A DNA stretch of 64,000 nt from Coriobacteriia bacterium. Its GTDB lineage: Bacteria; Actinomycetota; Coriobacteriia; WRKU01; WQUG01. Numbering within the stretch: the first letter of the stretch is position 1; every line of letters begins with the position of its first letter. The DNA is taken from NCBI GenBank assembly GCA_009778715.1, contig WRFR01000001.1, positions 3,383 through 67,382 of the forward strand. Direction: 5' to 3'. The notes under the pieces were generated by a model, which made no database searches, was not told the origin of the DNA, and saw only the letters and a program-made list of their open reading frames with translations. Position numbers and translations under genes: made by a program. Below, piece by piece: positions 26,077 to 36,341 of this stretch.

Positions 26077-27435
26077 ATGTTCGACAATCTTGCCAGCCGC
26101 TTGCAGGAGGTATTTGCCGGGCTGTCCAGCAAAGGGCGCCTGAGCGAAGAGGATGTTGATGGGGCGCTGCGCCAGATACGCCTGGCTTTGCTTGAGGCCG
26201 ACGTCAACTATCAGGTTGCTAAAGACTTTATAGCGCAGCTGCGCGAGCGCGCCATAGGCGCTGACGTCCTCTCGTCCCTTACTCCAGGGCAGATGGTCAT
26301 CAAACTGGTCTTAGATCAGCTCACCGAGCTTCTGGGAGGCAAGGCCACGCGCCTTGTTCTCTCCAACCGTATGCCGAACATCATCATGCTGGTCGGTCTG
26401 CAGGGTTCAGGCAAGACGACCGCAGCCGCCAAGCTGGCACTGCACTTGCGCAAGAAGGGCAAAAAGCCGCTGCTGGTTGCCGCTGATGTCTATCGCCCGG
26501 CCGCCATCGACCAGCTCCAGACCCTGGGCCGCGAACTCTCCATCCCCGTTTTTGTGGGGGAGGGTGGCATCGCGTCTGACCCGGTCGCGATTGCCCAGGC
26601 AGGCGTGCGCCGTGCTGTCGATGAGATGCGAGACCTGGTCATCATTGATACTGCAGGGCGCTTGCAGATCGACGAGGCCATGATGGCCGAGGCTGAGGCC
26701 ATCAAGAAGGCGACCCGCCCCGACCAGATCATCATGGTGCTCGACGCGATGACCGGCCAGGAGGCCGTCAACGTTGCCAAGGCCTTTTCTGAGCGTCTCG
26801 ACTTCGACGGCGTACTGCTCTCAAAGCTTGACGGTGATGCGCGCGGCGGCGCGGCGCTCTCGATTCGGACTGTAGCGGGCAAGCCGATACTTTTTGCCTC
26901 GACCGGGGAGAAACCCTCGGCACTTGAGGAGTTTCATCCTGATCGTATGGCCAAGCGCATCCTGGGGATGGGCGACATGGTTACGCTTATCGAGCAGGCC
27001 CAGGAGGCCGCGCTCGAAGAGGAGATTTCCGATGAGGACACCGAACGCCTGGCTGCAGGCAGGTTCACTTTTGACGACTTCCTGACCTCGATCAAGCAGA
27101 TGCGCAAGCTGGGGGGCCTGGGCGCTATCGCGAAGATGTTGCCCAAGGAAGCCCTGGGCGGCGCCGCGCTGGATGAGAGCAAGCTCGACGACGGCATGGT
27201 CAATCGCAGCGAAGCTATTATCTTCTCGATGACAGCGGCCGAGCGTGCGAACCCCAAACTTCTTAATGGCAGCCGCCGGGCGCGCATTGCGGCAGGCTGC
27301 GGCATGACGGTCATGGACGTGAATCGCCTTGTTAAGCAGTTTGAAGAGGCCCAGAAAGCCATGAAGCAGTATATGCCGAAGCTCGGCGCCAAAAAGAAGC
27401 GCCCCAAGAAGAAGAATAAAAAGAAAAAACGCTGA
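26077..27435 (+). CDS. ffh: Signal recognition particle protein Ffh
   Basis: GLQGSGKTT, DTAGR, SKLDGDARGG. Met-rich M-domain and a basic C-terminal tail. Confidence 0.9.
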   Translation: MFDNLASRLQEVFAGLSSKGRLSEEDVDGALRQIRLALLEADVNYQVAKDFIAQLRERAIGADVLSSLTPGQMVIKLVLDQLTELLGGKATRLVLSNRMPNIIMLVGLQGSGKTTAAAKLALHLRKKGKKPLLVAADVYRPAAIDQLQTLGRELSIPVFVGEGGIASDPVAIAQAGVRRAVDEMRDLVIIDTAGRLQIDEAMMAEAEAIKKATRPDQIIMVLDAMTGQEAVNVAKAFSERLDFDGVLLSKLDGDARGGAALSIRTVAGKPILFASTGEKPSALEEFHPDRMAKRILGMGDMVTLIEQAQEAALEEEISDEDTERLAAGRFTFDDFLTSIKQMRKLGGLGAIAKMLPKEALGGAALDESKLDDGMVNRSEAIIFSMTAAERANPKLLNGSRRARIAAGCGMTVMDVNRLVKQFEEAQKAMKQYMPKLGAKKKRPKKKNKKKKR

Positions 27436-27637
27436 TTCGCTTTCTCCATCATTGGGAGGGGCAGTGTAGCTGAGATTACAAAACTTACCACTGGGGTGCT
27501 TTGTCGCTTCGCGTACCGTTTGCATGATGTTACTGCGGTGTTGCTTGCGGCGGCTCTGTGCTATGGCGTAAGATAACTATTTGTATGTGATTGAAGCTCG
27601 GATGCCCGCTTGCATCCGCTGATCCGGAGGTGAACCC

Positions 27638-28177
27638 TTGTCAGTAAAGATCCGCCTATCGCGCCATGGCGCGAAGAAAGCTCCGTTCTACCGCGTGGTT
27701 GTGGCCGACGAGCGCAAGCCGCGCGACGGTCGTTTCATCGAGATCGTGGGGCGCTACAATCCGCGTCTGGAGCCTTCCGGCGTTGAACTCAACCTTGAAA
27801 GCATCGACGCGTGGCTGGCCAAGGGCGCTCAGCCGACCGAGGCCGCTGCAAAGTTGATCGCGATCGCTCGCGGCGAAAAGAAGCCGGTCGAAGCAGAGAA
27901 AAAGCCGACCAAACGCCAGGTAGCCAAACAGGAGGCAGAAGCTGCCGAAGCCGCAAAGGCTGCTGAGGCTGAAAAGACCGCTGCTGAAGAGGCCGCTCAG
28001 GCTGCCGAAGCTGAGAAAGCAACTGCAGAAGAGCCTGTTGCTGAGGAGGCGCCAGCCGAGGAGACTGCACCTGCTGCTGAGGACGCTCCGGTCGAGGAAG
28101 CTCCTGCTGAAGACGCTCCTGTTGAAGAGCCAGTTGAAAAGTCGGCTGACTCCGACGCTGCGGCTGAGGAGCAATAA
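27638..28177 (+). CDS. rpsP: 30S ribosomal protein S16 with ~100-aa Ala/Glu-rich C-terminal extension
   Basis: [43 protein letters not shown]… followed by [11 protein letters not shown]…APAEE low-complexity tail. Confidence 0.85.
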   Translation: MSVKIRLSRHGAKKAPFYRVVVADERKPRDGRFIEIVGRYNPRLEPSGVELNLESIDAWLAKGAQPTEAAAKLIAIARGEKKPVEAEKKPTKRQVAKQEAEAAEAAKAAEAEKTAAEEAAQAAEAEKATAEEPVAEEAPAEETAPAAEDAPVEEAPAEDAPVEEPVEKSADSDAAAEEQ

Positions 28178-28428
28178 TGTCTGAATGTGCGGAGCGCATC
28201 GAAGCGCTGGTCACATTTCTTGCCACTTCACTGGTTGACAACCCCGATCAGGTCGCGATGGATTCTGATGAAGAAGGCGACCAGCTTAACATCACCATCC
28301 AGGTGGCAGAAGAAGATACGGGCAAAATAATCGGGCGAAGCGGGCGTACCATCAAGTCGATCAGGACTTTGGCTCGTGCTGCCGCAGGGGATTCCCCTCT
28401 GCTCGTTGAAGTTGATGTCAAGGACTAA
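28177..28428 (+). CDS. KH-domain RNA-binding protein (YlqC-like)
   Basis: 83 aa with …GKIIGRSGRTIKSIRTLARAA… (KH GxxG loop). Conserved position between rpsP and rimM. Confidence 0.8.
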   Translation: MSECAERIEALVTFLATSLVDNPDQVAMDSDEEGDQLNITIQVAEEDTGKIIGRSGRTIKSIRTLARAAAGDSPLLVEVDVKD

Positions 28429-28966
28429 GACAGACGCACCGTTTTTGCGCGTCGCTCTGGTACTGAGAACCAAAGGCGTAAACGGGGAGCTTCTGGTTCG
28501 GGCCGAACCAGAAGCTCCTTTGCTTCCTGGTGGACATGAGACTTACTATCTTGCACCACCATTACTGGATGATAAAATGCTTCATCTGAGTCACGCGGCG
28601 GCAACCCCGCAGGCCTTAGTGCTGCGCTTTGCCGAGATAGACGACCGCCAGAAGGCGCACGAGGTCGTCGGACGCGCGCTGTTGCTGCGTACGGAGGAAC
28701 TTACCGAAGCTGAGCTTGCGGCTGCTTTGGCCTGCTCGGATGGCTTCCCGGAACAGGGCTATGAGGTCTTCTCGGATGCCGGTGAAGCGCTCGGTATTCT
28801 GAATGATCGCATCGAGACGGGGGCGAATCTGGTTTGGGTCGTCGTTAGCTCGGAAGGCGGGGAGCTTCTCCTGCCGGTTATCGAGGATCTGCAGATATGC
28901 TGTGACGAAGAACAACGGCGCATTACGGTGCATCTGCTTGAAGGTCTCCGGGAGCTGAACCGCTGA
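28415..28966 (+). CDS. rimM: Ribosome maturation factor RimM
   Basis: …[18 protein letters not shown]… RimM N-terminal pattern plus a PRC barrel. The listed ORF starts at GTG 28376. ATG 28415 is more plausible. Confidence 0.8.
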   Translation: MSRTKTDAPFLRVALVLRTKGVNGELLVRAEPEAPLLPGGHETYYLAPPLLDDKMLHLSHAAATPQALVLRFAEIDDRQKAHEVVGRALLLRTEELTEAELAAALACSDGFPEQGYEVFSDAGEALGILNDRIETGANLVWVVVSSEGGELLLPVIEDLQICCDEEQRRITVHLLEGLRELNR

Positions 28967-29643
28967 TGCGAATCGACATCCTTACCCTGTTCCCAGGCAT
29001 GTTTCCTCCGGTGCTGGATGCCAGTATTCTGGGGCGTGCCCAGGCAAACAACATCCTTGAAGTACACTGTTTTGACCTGCGTGACTGGACCCATGACTTC
29101 CACCGCACCGTTGACGATGAGCCTTATGGCGGCGGTCCTGGCATGGTCATGCTGGTCGAACCGCTCGCGAATGCTATAGAGGATATCCAGGCTCGTGATC
29201 CACGCCCGGCGCATACGATCTTCTTCACGCCAGCCGGGACACCGCTCAAACAGGCGCGTGCCCATGAGCTATCAGAGGAATTTGAGCGCCTTCTGCTGGT
29301 CTGTGGCCATTATGAAGGTATCGACGAGCGTGCCTACGAGTGGGCTGATGAGGAGATCTCGATCGGCGACTACGTGTTGACCGGCGGAGAGCTGCCCGCA
29401 TTGGTGTTGATCGACGCAGTCGCCCGGCTTTTGCCTGGAGTTTTAGGGCATGAGGAAAGTGCTGTTGATGAGTCGTTTGTGGAGGGATTGTTAGAGTATC
29501 CCCAGTACACGCGCCCTGCTGAATTTCGTGGTATGGTGGTTCCTGATGTTTTACTCAGCGGCCATCATGCGAACATCGCGGCGTGGCGAAAAGCTAAAGC
29601 TCAGGAGCGTACTCGTTCACGCCGTCCTGACTTGCTTGATTAA
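28966..29643 (+). CDS. trmD: tRNA (guanine37-N1)-methyltransferase TrmD
   Basis: [13 protein letters not shown]…GGGPGMVM…[16 protein letters not shown]. Confidence 0.9.
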   Translation: MRIDILTLFPGMFPPVLDASILGRAQANNILEVHCFDLRDWTHDFHRTVDDEPYGGGPGMVMLVEPLANAIEDIQARDPRPAHTIFFTPAGTPLKQARAHELSEEFERLLLVCGHYEGIDERAYEWADEEISIGDYVLTGGELPALVLIDAVARLLPGVLGHEESAVDESFVEGLLEYPQYTRPAEFRGMVVPDVLLSGHHANIAAWRKAKAQERTRSRRPDLLD

Positions 29644-29651
29644 GGAGGACA

Positions 29652-30236
29652 GTGTTGGCGCCTGCCAATCAATATGGCGGCCCGCGTGCTGATGCGATGA
29701 GGCAACCAAGCCTGGCACGCTCGCTTTTCACTTATACGATCTGCATCATTATAGCGATCGGCTTGGCTGCGTTGGTTCGGGCTTTTCTTGTGGAACCTTA
29801 TCGAATCCCAACCGGATCGATGCTCCCGACGATCCAGCTTAATGACATGGTGGTAGCGAACAAGCTTGTTTTCAAGGTTGGGGTGAAACCCAAATACAAG
29901 GATGTAGTGGTGTTCAAGGATCCTACAGGCCAGTATTCGCAGTTGATAAAACGTGTCATTGCGGTAGGGGGACAGACCGTAGATCTGAGGGATGGCTCAG
30001 TATACGTTGATGGCCAGAAGCTTAACGAGCCTTATACTCATGGCAAACCGAGCGAGGCGTTAAGTCCGAATATCCAGTTTCCCTACCTGGTACCTGAAGG
30101 CAAGATTTGGGTCATGGGTGATAACCGTACCAACAGCGCCGACTCCCGCTTTTTCGGAGCTATCCCCGTAAGCTCGCTCTATGGCAGGGCGTGGTGGACG
30201 TACTGGCCGCTCTCGCATTTTGGCGCTCTCAGGTAA
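29652..30236 (+). CDS. lepB: Signal peptidase I
   Basis: N-terminal TM, catalytic GSMLPT (Ser box), and GDNRTNSADSR box. GTG/TTG start immediately after AAGGAGG. Confidence 0.85.
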   Translation: MLAPANQYGGPRADAMRQPSLARSLFTYTICIIIAIGLAALVRAFLVEPYRIPTGSMLPTIQLNDMVVANKLVFKVGVKPKYKDVVVFKDPTGQYSQLIKRVIAVGGQTVDLRDGSVYVDGQKLNEPYTHGKPSEALSPNIQFPYLVPEGKIWVMGDNRTNSADSRFFGAIPVSSLYGRAWWTYWPLSHFGALR

Positions 30237-30553
30237 GACAGGCTAAACACTGCCTAGCATTGTTCCTGCGAGGCTCACGGGCGACAGCCCGCATCGCCTC
30301 ACAGCGCCTAGCCGGACAGCGTTTATTTCCCGCCTTTATGAAATACGGCAAGTTGACGCGCCCTGAGCTGCGGGTTACTATTGGAACGTAAGATTGTTCA
30401 CGGAGTAAAGCTTCCGTACTGATATATTTGGTTGTGTATACTACACCTGTAAACTGAAGTCTCTTCCTGGGACAGTCTTTGTGCTATGCGAAACCGCAGG
30501 GCTCCGTAAAGACTATTAACGTCGCTGAAGCGACACCCGGAAGGAGGGAAGCC

Positions 30554-32092
30554 ATGAGTACCCGCATCGCTCTTGAAGTGATCATCGCGGTCGTTATCGG
30601 GCTTGCCCTCGGCTTTATCATCGATCACTATCTGATCAGCGCAAAAGCGCGCAAGGCCGCAGAGGAAGCAGAGAAGCTTGTTTCCCGTGCGGAAAAGGAA
30701 GCCGAGAGCCTGAAAAAAGAAGCGCTTCTTGAAGCAAAAGATGAGATCTACAAGCAGAAGTCAGAGGCAGAGGCAGAAGAGAAGACTCGTCGCAAAGAGA
30801 TCACCGCTCTCGAGAACCGCCTCGTACAACGCGAGGAAACCATCGACCGCCGCATGGAAAGTGTCGACAAACGAGAGCACCAGCTCAGCTCCCAGGCCGG
30901 GCAACTGGAACATCGCGAAGAGGAGCTGAAAGCAGCTTTCGTCGAGGTGACCGCACGACTGGAAAGTGTTGCCTCAATGACTGCTGAAGAAGCCAAGGTC
31001 GAACTGCTGAGATCGCTCGAAGATGAGGTCCAACGCGAGTCTGTCGCTTTGATACGCGACACTGAGACCCAGGCGAAAGAGGAAGCGGACCGTCGGGCAA
31101 GACGTATCGTGGGCATCGCGATCCAACGGGTCGCCGCTGACCATACCGCCGAAGCCACCGTCAGCGTCGTCCATATTCCTACTGACGAGATGAAAGGCCG
31201 CCTGATCGGCCGCGAGGGTCGTAATATCCGCGCTTTCGAGCAGATCACTGGTATCAACCTGATCATCGATGACACTCCCGAGACCGTGGTACTTTCAAGC
31301 TTCGATCCCGTGCGTCGTGAGATCGGCCGTATTGCGCTTGAATCGCTTATCGCGGATGGCCGCATCCATCCGGCGCGTATCGAAGAAGTCTTTGGCAAGG
31401 CCGAGAAGCTCGTCAACGAGCAGATCCAGCGTGATGGCGAGCAGGCCACTTTTGATGCAGGTGTCAACAGCCTGCATCCCGAGCTGGTCAGGACGTTAGG
31501 CCGCCTGCGTTTCCGTACCAGCTACGGTCAAAACGTACTCAATCACTCGCTTGAGGTTAGCTGGCTCGCGGGCGTGATGGCCGAAGAATTAGGGGCGGAC
31601 GTCGAGTTGGCGAAACGTGCCGGCCTGCTTCACGATCTGGGCAAGGCTATCGATCATGAGGTCGAAGGCCCCCACGCGCTGATAGGCGCTGAGTTGGCCA
31701 AACGTATGGGTGAAAATCCCGAGGTCGTTCACATCATCGAAGCGCACCACAATGACGTCGAGCCCCAGACGGTTGAGGCTGTGTTGGTCCAAGCGGCTGA
31801 CGCGATCAGCGCGTCACGTCCGGGCGCGCGTCGCGAAACGCTTGAAAGCTACGTCAAGCGGCTGGAGAAGCTTGAGGCAGTTGCCAATGCCCATGGCGGC
31901 GTCGAGAAGACCTACGCCATGCAGGCAGGCCGTGAGATCCGTATCATGGTCCAGCCGGACGAGGTCAGTGACGGCGACGCCGTGATCCTGGCGCGCGACA
32001 TCGCGAAAGAGATCGAAGAGCAGCTGGAATATCCGGGCCAGATCAAGATTATGGTCGTGCGTGAAAGCCGTGCGGTCGACTACGCGAAATAG
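30554..32092 (+). CDS. rny: Ribonuclease Y
   Basis: N-terminal TM ([19 protein letters not shown]), coiled coil, KH ([15 protein letters not shown]), and HD domain (…LLHDLGKA…). Start at ATG 30554 (SD GGAAGGAGGGaagccATG). The listed ORF begins at 30479. Confidence 0.85.
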   Translation: MSTRIALEVIIAVVIGLALGFIIDHYLISAKARKAAEEAEKLVSRAEKEAESLKKEALLEAKDEIYKQKSEAEAEEKTRRKEITALENRLVQREETIDRRMESVDKREHQLSSQAGQLEHREEELKAAFVEVTARLESVASMTAEEAKVELLRSLEDEVQRESVALIRDTETQAKEEADRRARRIVGIAIQRVAADHTAEATVSVVHIPTDEMKGRLIGREGRNIRAFEQITGINLIIDDTPETVVLSSFDPVRREIGRIALESLIADGRIHPARIEEVFGKAEKLVNEQIQRDGEQATFDAGVNSLHPELVRTLGRLRFRTSYGQNVLNHSLEVSWLAGVMAEELGADVELAKRAGLLHDLGKAIDHEVEGPHALIGAELAKRMGENPEVVHIIEAHHNDVEPQTVEAVLVQAADAISASRPGARRETLESYVKRLEKLEAVANAHGGVEKTYAMQAGREIRIMVQPDEVSDGDAVILARDIAKEIEEQLEYPGQIKIMVVRESRAVDYAK

Positions 32093-32117
32093 TATGAGCG
32101 GATAGGTTCGCATTCCC

Positions 32118-33197
32118 ATGACGGATCATCCCACAAAGCCCTTGCTGGACTTCGTTTCTTCAGTTTCAGGAGATACCTACCTGAAAGTTGAGGAGGATCT
32201 TGGCGAGGGCTTTGTTCGTTTGAATGTCAGCGAAGCCGAACGTCGTCAGGCTAAGCATGATATTCGTAGTACCGAAGATATACTGATCGAACTTTTGCGC
32301 AACGCCCGCGATGCGGGAGCTACGCACCTCTACGTAGCCAGTTCCCTGGAAGAGGGTTCTCGGCATCTGACTGTCATAGATGATGGGCAAGGAGTGCCCG
32401 CGACGTTGCAACAACAAATCTTTGAACCACGGGTGACAAGCAAGCTTGCGACGATGGTGGTCGACGACTGGGGTGTGCATGGCCGCGGCATGGCGCTCTA
32501 CTCCATCGCTCAGAATACTGAGACCTGCCGCATGATCGCAAGTGGCGTCGGCCAGGGCGCTGCGCTGGACATCAGTGCTGATACGCGTACGTTGCGTGAA
32601 CGTGCGGACCAGAGCACCTGGCCTCAGATCAAGGCAAGCGATAAGGGTTTTACCGTCGAGAGCGGACCGCGCAATCTGATCCGAACTACCCTGGAGTTCT
32701 GCTGCCAGCATCCCCAGATGGAAGTCAGTTTTGGATCCCCGTCAGAGATTACGGCCACGTTGCGCGCTGCTGGCCTCGCGTTGACACGCGGTCACCCGGC
32801 AAACGAGGCTGATGTGCGCCAGATGCCGGTCTGGCTCTGGCCAGCCCAGGCTACCGATGGCGCCGAACTGTTCGAAGCGGCCCAGGCATTAGGCCTGGCG
32901 CTTTCAGAACGTAATGCCTACCGGGTGCTGCGCGGCGAGGTCGCGCCGCTCAAGTCACTTACCGAGCAGATGTACCGCCGGACTCAGAAGAGTACCCAGG
33001 AGGCAGATGTTGACATCTATCGTGACGCGCGTGGGCTTAAGGTCGACCCTTCTGACTTGCGGGACTTTCAGAATCAGGTAGAGAAGGCCTTTGATGAACT
33101 GGCGAACAAATATTATCTGACGCTTTCTGATGACATGAAGGTGCAGGTAACGAAGCGGGCTATCTCGATCCGTCTTCCATTCATGAAAGAGGAATAA
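32118..33197 (+). CDS. Stand-alone GHKL ATPase resembling the MutL N-terminal domain (359 aa, no C-terminal dimerisation/endonuclease domain)
   Basis: ILIELLRNARDAGATHLYV…LTVIDDGQGVP…EPRVTSKL…GVHGRGMALYSIA…GFTVES aligns with MutL motifs I-IV (ELVENAIDA / DNGxGI / RHATSKI / GFRGEAL / GTxV). Confidence 0.55.
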   Translation: MTDHPTKPLLDFVSSVSGDTYLKVEEDLGEGFVRLNVSEAERRQAKHDIRSTEDILIELLRNARDAGATHLYVASSLEEGSRHLTVIDDGQGVPATLQQQIFEPRVTSKLATMVVDDWGVHGRGMALYSIAQNTETCRMIASGVGQGAALDISADTRTLRERADQSTWPQIKASDKGFTVESGPRNLIRTTLEFCCQHPQMEVSFGSPSEITATLRAAGLALTRGHPANEADVRQMPVWLWPAQATDGAELFEAAQALGLALSERNAYRVLRGEVAPLKSLTEQMYRRTQKSTQEADVDIYRDARGLKVDPSDLRDFQNQVEKAFDELANKYYLTLSDDMKVQVTKRAISIRLPFMKEE

Positions 33198-33200
33198 CAG

Positions 33201-34535
33201 ATGCTGGGCGAGACGTATTACGTCAAAACCTTTGGGTGCCAGATGAACAAGTATGACAGTGAGCGGGTAGCCGGGCTGCTTGAGAATGCCGGGTTGCAGG
33301 CAGTCGGGACGCCCGACGATGCAGATGTCATCGTATTTCTGACCTGCTGTGTGCGTGAGGGCGCCGACGAGCGCCTCTATGGGCAGGTCGCCAGCCTTAA
33401 GCGCCTGAAGACGGCTGGAAAAACACCCCTGATCGCGGTGGGCGGCTGCATCGGGCAGCGTGACGGAGAAGAGCTGCAGAAAAGGATCCCACATATCGAT
33501 GTAGTGTTTGGCACACACAATCTTAATGACCTGGTGCCGCTCCTGGATCAGGTTGCCGAGGATCGGACTCCCCAGGTAGCGCGCCTTCAGGACAGCTCCG
33601 AGGCTGACTTCAAGCGCCTGGTACCCGAGCAGCGTGAGCATCCCTTTCATGCCTGGCTGCCGATATCGGTGGGCTGCAACAATTTCTGCAGCTACTGCAT
33701 CGTGCCTTATGTACGCGGACGCGAGGTGAGCAGGCCATTTGACGAGATCGTCGAAACGGCCCGGGAGCTCAAAGCCGATGGCGTCCGTGAGATCACACTG
33801 TTGGGACAAAACGTCAACTCATATGGGCGTGACCTTTACGGAGAGCCGCGCTTTGCTCAGGTGCTGGAAGCAGTGGCGTCAACGGGTATAAGCCGTCTGG
33901 GCTTTGCCACGAGCCATCCCAAGGATCTCTCTGATGAGACGATCAATACGATGGCTTCAACGCCCGCGGTGCTCCGTTATCTCCACTTGCCGGTCCAACA
34001 TGGCAATAACGAGATCCTGCGTGCCATGCGACGAGTCTATACGCGCGAACAGTATCTGGAGCGGGTGGAGTCATTGCGGGCAGCCATTCCGGATATCACA
34101 CTTTCGACCGATATCATCGTCGGTTTCCCCGGAGAGACCGAGGAGCAGTTCGAGGATACGTTGAGCTTAGTCCGCCAGGTGGGCTTTGACCAGGCTTTTA
34201 CCTTCATCTATTCGCCACGTGAGGCGACCTTAGCTGCGGGGTTCCCAGACCAGATTCCTCATGAGGTGGCCTTAGAGCGTTTCGAGCGTTTGGCTGCCTT
34301 GGTGCAGGTGAGCGCTGAGGCGCGCAATGCTGCATTGCTCGATACGACGGCATGCGTACTGCTGGAAGGTCCCTCAAAGCGCAACCCTGCATTGATGACC
34401 GGTCGTACGCGGGGCTATAAGCTCGTTCACGTCCCGGCACCTGAAGGGACCGATGCTGCAAAGCTGGTCGGACAGGAACTGCCGGTGCGTATCACGGGAA
34501 CGCAGGCCTTTTACTTGCAAGGCGTACTGGAATAG
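33201..34535 (+). CDS. miaB: tRNA-2-methylthio-N6-dimethylallyladenosine synthase MiaB
   Basis: UPF0004 N-domain (FGCQMN), radical-SAM CNNFCSYC, and TRAM C-terminus. Confidence 0.9.
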   Translation: MLGETYYVKTFGCQMNKYDSERVAGLLENAGLQAVGTPDDADVIVFLTCCVREGADERLYGQVASLKRLKTAGKTPLIAVGGCIGQRDGEELQKRIPHIDVVFGTHNLNDLVPLLDQVAEDRTPQVARLQDSSEADFKRLVPEQREHPFHAWLPISVGCNNFCSYCIVPYVRGREVSRPFDEIVETARELKADGVREITLLGQNVNSYGRDLYGEPRFAQVLEAVASTGISRLGFATSHPKDLSDETINTMASTPAVLRYLHLPVQHGNNEILRAMRRVYTREQYLERVESLRAAIPDITLSTDIIVGFPGETEEQFEDTLSLVRQVGFDQAFTFIYSPREATLAAGFPDQIPHEVALERFERLAALVQVSAEARNAALLDTTACVLLEGPSKRNPALMTGRTRGYKLVHVPAPEGTDAAKLVGQELPVRITGTQAFYLQGVLE

Positions 34536-34537
34536 TC

Positions 34538-35476
34538 ATGGAACCAACGCCTCGCCTCTATGCGGTCGTTGGCCCGACGGGAACGGGCAAGAGCGAGTTT
34601 GCACAACAACTGGCAGAACGCTTTGATGGTGTGGTACTTTCCGCTGATGCCCTGCAGGTCTATCGAGAGCTCAACATCGGGACAGCGAAGCTGACAGAAG
34701 AGGAGCGTCGTGTCCCACACTTCGGCCTCGATCTGCTGAGTGTGTCGCAACCGTATTCAGCAGCACTTTACCAAGAGTATGCGCGTGGCGTCATCGATGA
34801 ACACCTTACGCAGGGGCAATCCGTGGTCGTCTGCGGCGGTACCGGCCTCTACGTGCGGGCAGCACTTGATAAATTCGACTTTTCGGCGGGTGAGCAGGAA
34901 GGTAATCAGTTACGCGCTCATTATGAGGCGCTGGCGGCCGAACAAGGTGATGATGCGTTGTATCGTTTACTGGAAGAGCGTGACCCTGTTTCTGCCGCCC
35001 TGATACATCCCCATAACGTACGACGCGTCATTCGCGCACTTGAACTTTGTGGGCAGGGAGAGTCTTACGCCGAAGGAACTGCGGGCTTTAAAAGCTTTCA
35101 GAGTTATTACCCGGTGGTTACCTGGTTGGGCTTGCGTAAAGAGCGCGAGGCGCTCTATCATGACCTTGAAGCAAGGGTTGATGCCATGCTGAAAGTTGGA
35201 TTGATCGATGAGGTTCGTATGTTGCGCGAAAAAGGTTTGGCTGAATCGCTGACCGCTCGCCAGGCGATCGGCTACAAGGAACTTATGTCCTGGCTGGATG
35301 ATGAGTGTTCTTATGAGGACGCGGTTGCTGCAATCAAACAGAACACCCGCCGTTATGCCAAGCGCCAAATGACCTTCTTTAATGCTGATCCGCGTATTCA
35401 GTGGAGAGATATTGAAGTAACAAGCAACCTCGAATCTGATGGCTCAGAAACGCCTGCGCGTATCGAAGCGGCATAA
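34538..35476 (+). CDS. miaA: tRNA dimethylallyltransferase MiaA
   Basis: …VGPTGTGKSEFA… P-loop plus the MiaA fold. Confidence 0.9.
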   Translation: MEPTPRLYAVVGPTGTGKSEFAQQLAERFDGVVLSADALQVYRELNIGTAKLTEEERRVPHFGLDLLSVSQPYSAALYQEYARGVIDEHLTQGQSVVVCGGTGLYVRAALDKFDFSAGEQEGNQLRAHYEALAAEQGDDALYRLLEERDPVSAALIHPHNVRRVIRALELCGQGESYAEGTAGFKSFQSYYPVVTWLGLRKEREALYHDLEARVDAMLKVGLIDEVRMLREKGLAESLTARQAIGYKELMSWLDDECSYEDAVAAIKQNTRRYAKRQMTFFNADPRIQWRDIEVTSNLESDGSETPARIEAA

Positions 35477-35490
35477 GATATACTGGAAAA

Positions 35491-36318
35491 ATGATCGACG
35501 GTTCATATATGCGCATGTATTCATTTACGAAGATGGAAGGTCTGGGGAACGACTTCATTGTCATAGACGACCGCAATAAAATGATCGATTTTAATGACGA
35601 GACAGTTCGGTGGCTCTGTGATCGCCATTTTGGTATTGGCGCCGATGGGCTGATTCTGCTACGCCCTGTAGCCGATAACTCGGTAGATTTTGCCTGGAGA
35701 TTCTTTAACGCCGACGGTTCGATCGCAGAAATGTGCGGCAATGGTATTCGCTGCATTGGAGCCTACCTGGTCGAGCGTAACCTGGTCGACGAGAATAAGG
35801 AGACCGTGAGAATCCAGACCCAGACCAGAGCTGTCCAGATACGTTTACTGCGCAATAGCGCAGGGAGTTTTCAGGCGGCAGAAGTTGACATGGGCCAGGC
35901 AGCGGTTACCGCAGAGTCGTTGGCGCTCAATGGCTTGGAGTTCTTCTGCGTGTCTATGGGAAACCCTCACGCAGTGCTCTTTGTCCCCGATGTTAATGTG
36001 GCTCCTGTGGCAACGTTAGGCCCATGTATCGAGCAAGACGCTGCTTTCCCGGGAAAGACAAACGTGGAGTTCGCCAGCGTACAGGATCGTTCGACCTTGT
36101 ACTTGCGCGTATGGGAGCGTGGCGTCGGAGAGACTCTGGCATGCGGAACAGGAGCCTGTGCGGCAGTTGTAGCAGCATTCCTCAAAGGGTACTGCGACCC
36201 TCAGGTTACCGTATACTTACCCGGGGGAGCTTTACAGATCGCGATAGACCCCGCGACACTTCAGGTGATGATGACCGGACCTGCGCGGTCCGTTTTTGAA
36301 GGTAGTATCCTTATTTAG
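35491..36318 (+). CDS. dapF: Diaminopimelate epimerase
   Basis: …FTKMEGLGNDFIVID… and …CGNGIRC…ACGTGACA catalytic Cys motifs. The start may be one of the internal ATGs (35509 or 35515). Confidence 0.85.
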   Translation: MIDGSYMRMYSFTKMEGLGNDFIVIDDRNKMIDFNDETVRWLCDRHFGIGADGLILLRPVADNSVDFAWRFFNADGSIAEMCGNGIRCIGAYLVERNLVDENKETVRIQTQTRAVQIRLLRNSAGSFQAAEVDMGQAAVTAESLALNGLEFFCVSMGNPHAVLFVPDVNVAPVATLGPCIEQDAAFPGKTNVEFASVQDRSTLYLRVWERGVGETLACGTGACAAVVAAFLKGYCDPQVTVYLPGGALQIAIDPATLQVMMTGPARSVFEGSILI

Positions 36319-36341
36319 GGGATCGATGAGAAAGGAACATC

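Noticed and set aside
27436-27637. 200-nt ffh-rpsP spacer examined for ncRNA / 4.5S (SRP) RNA
   Set aside because: Only a short hairpin (ggatgcccgcttgcatcc) and promoter-like elements. No SRP-RNA domain IV motif recognised.
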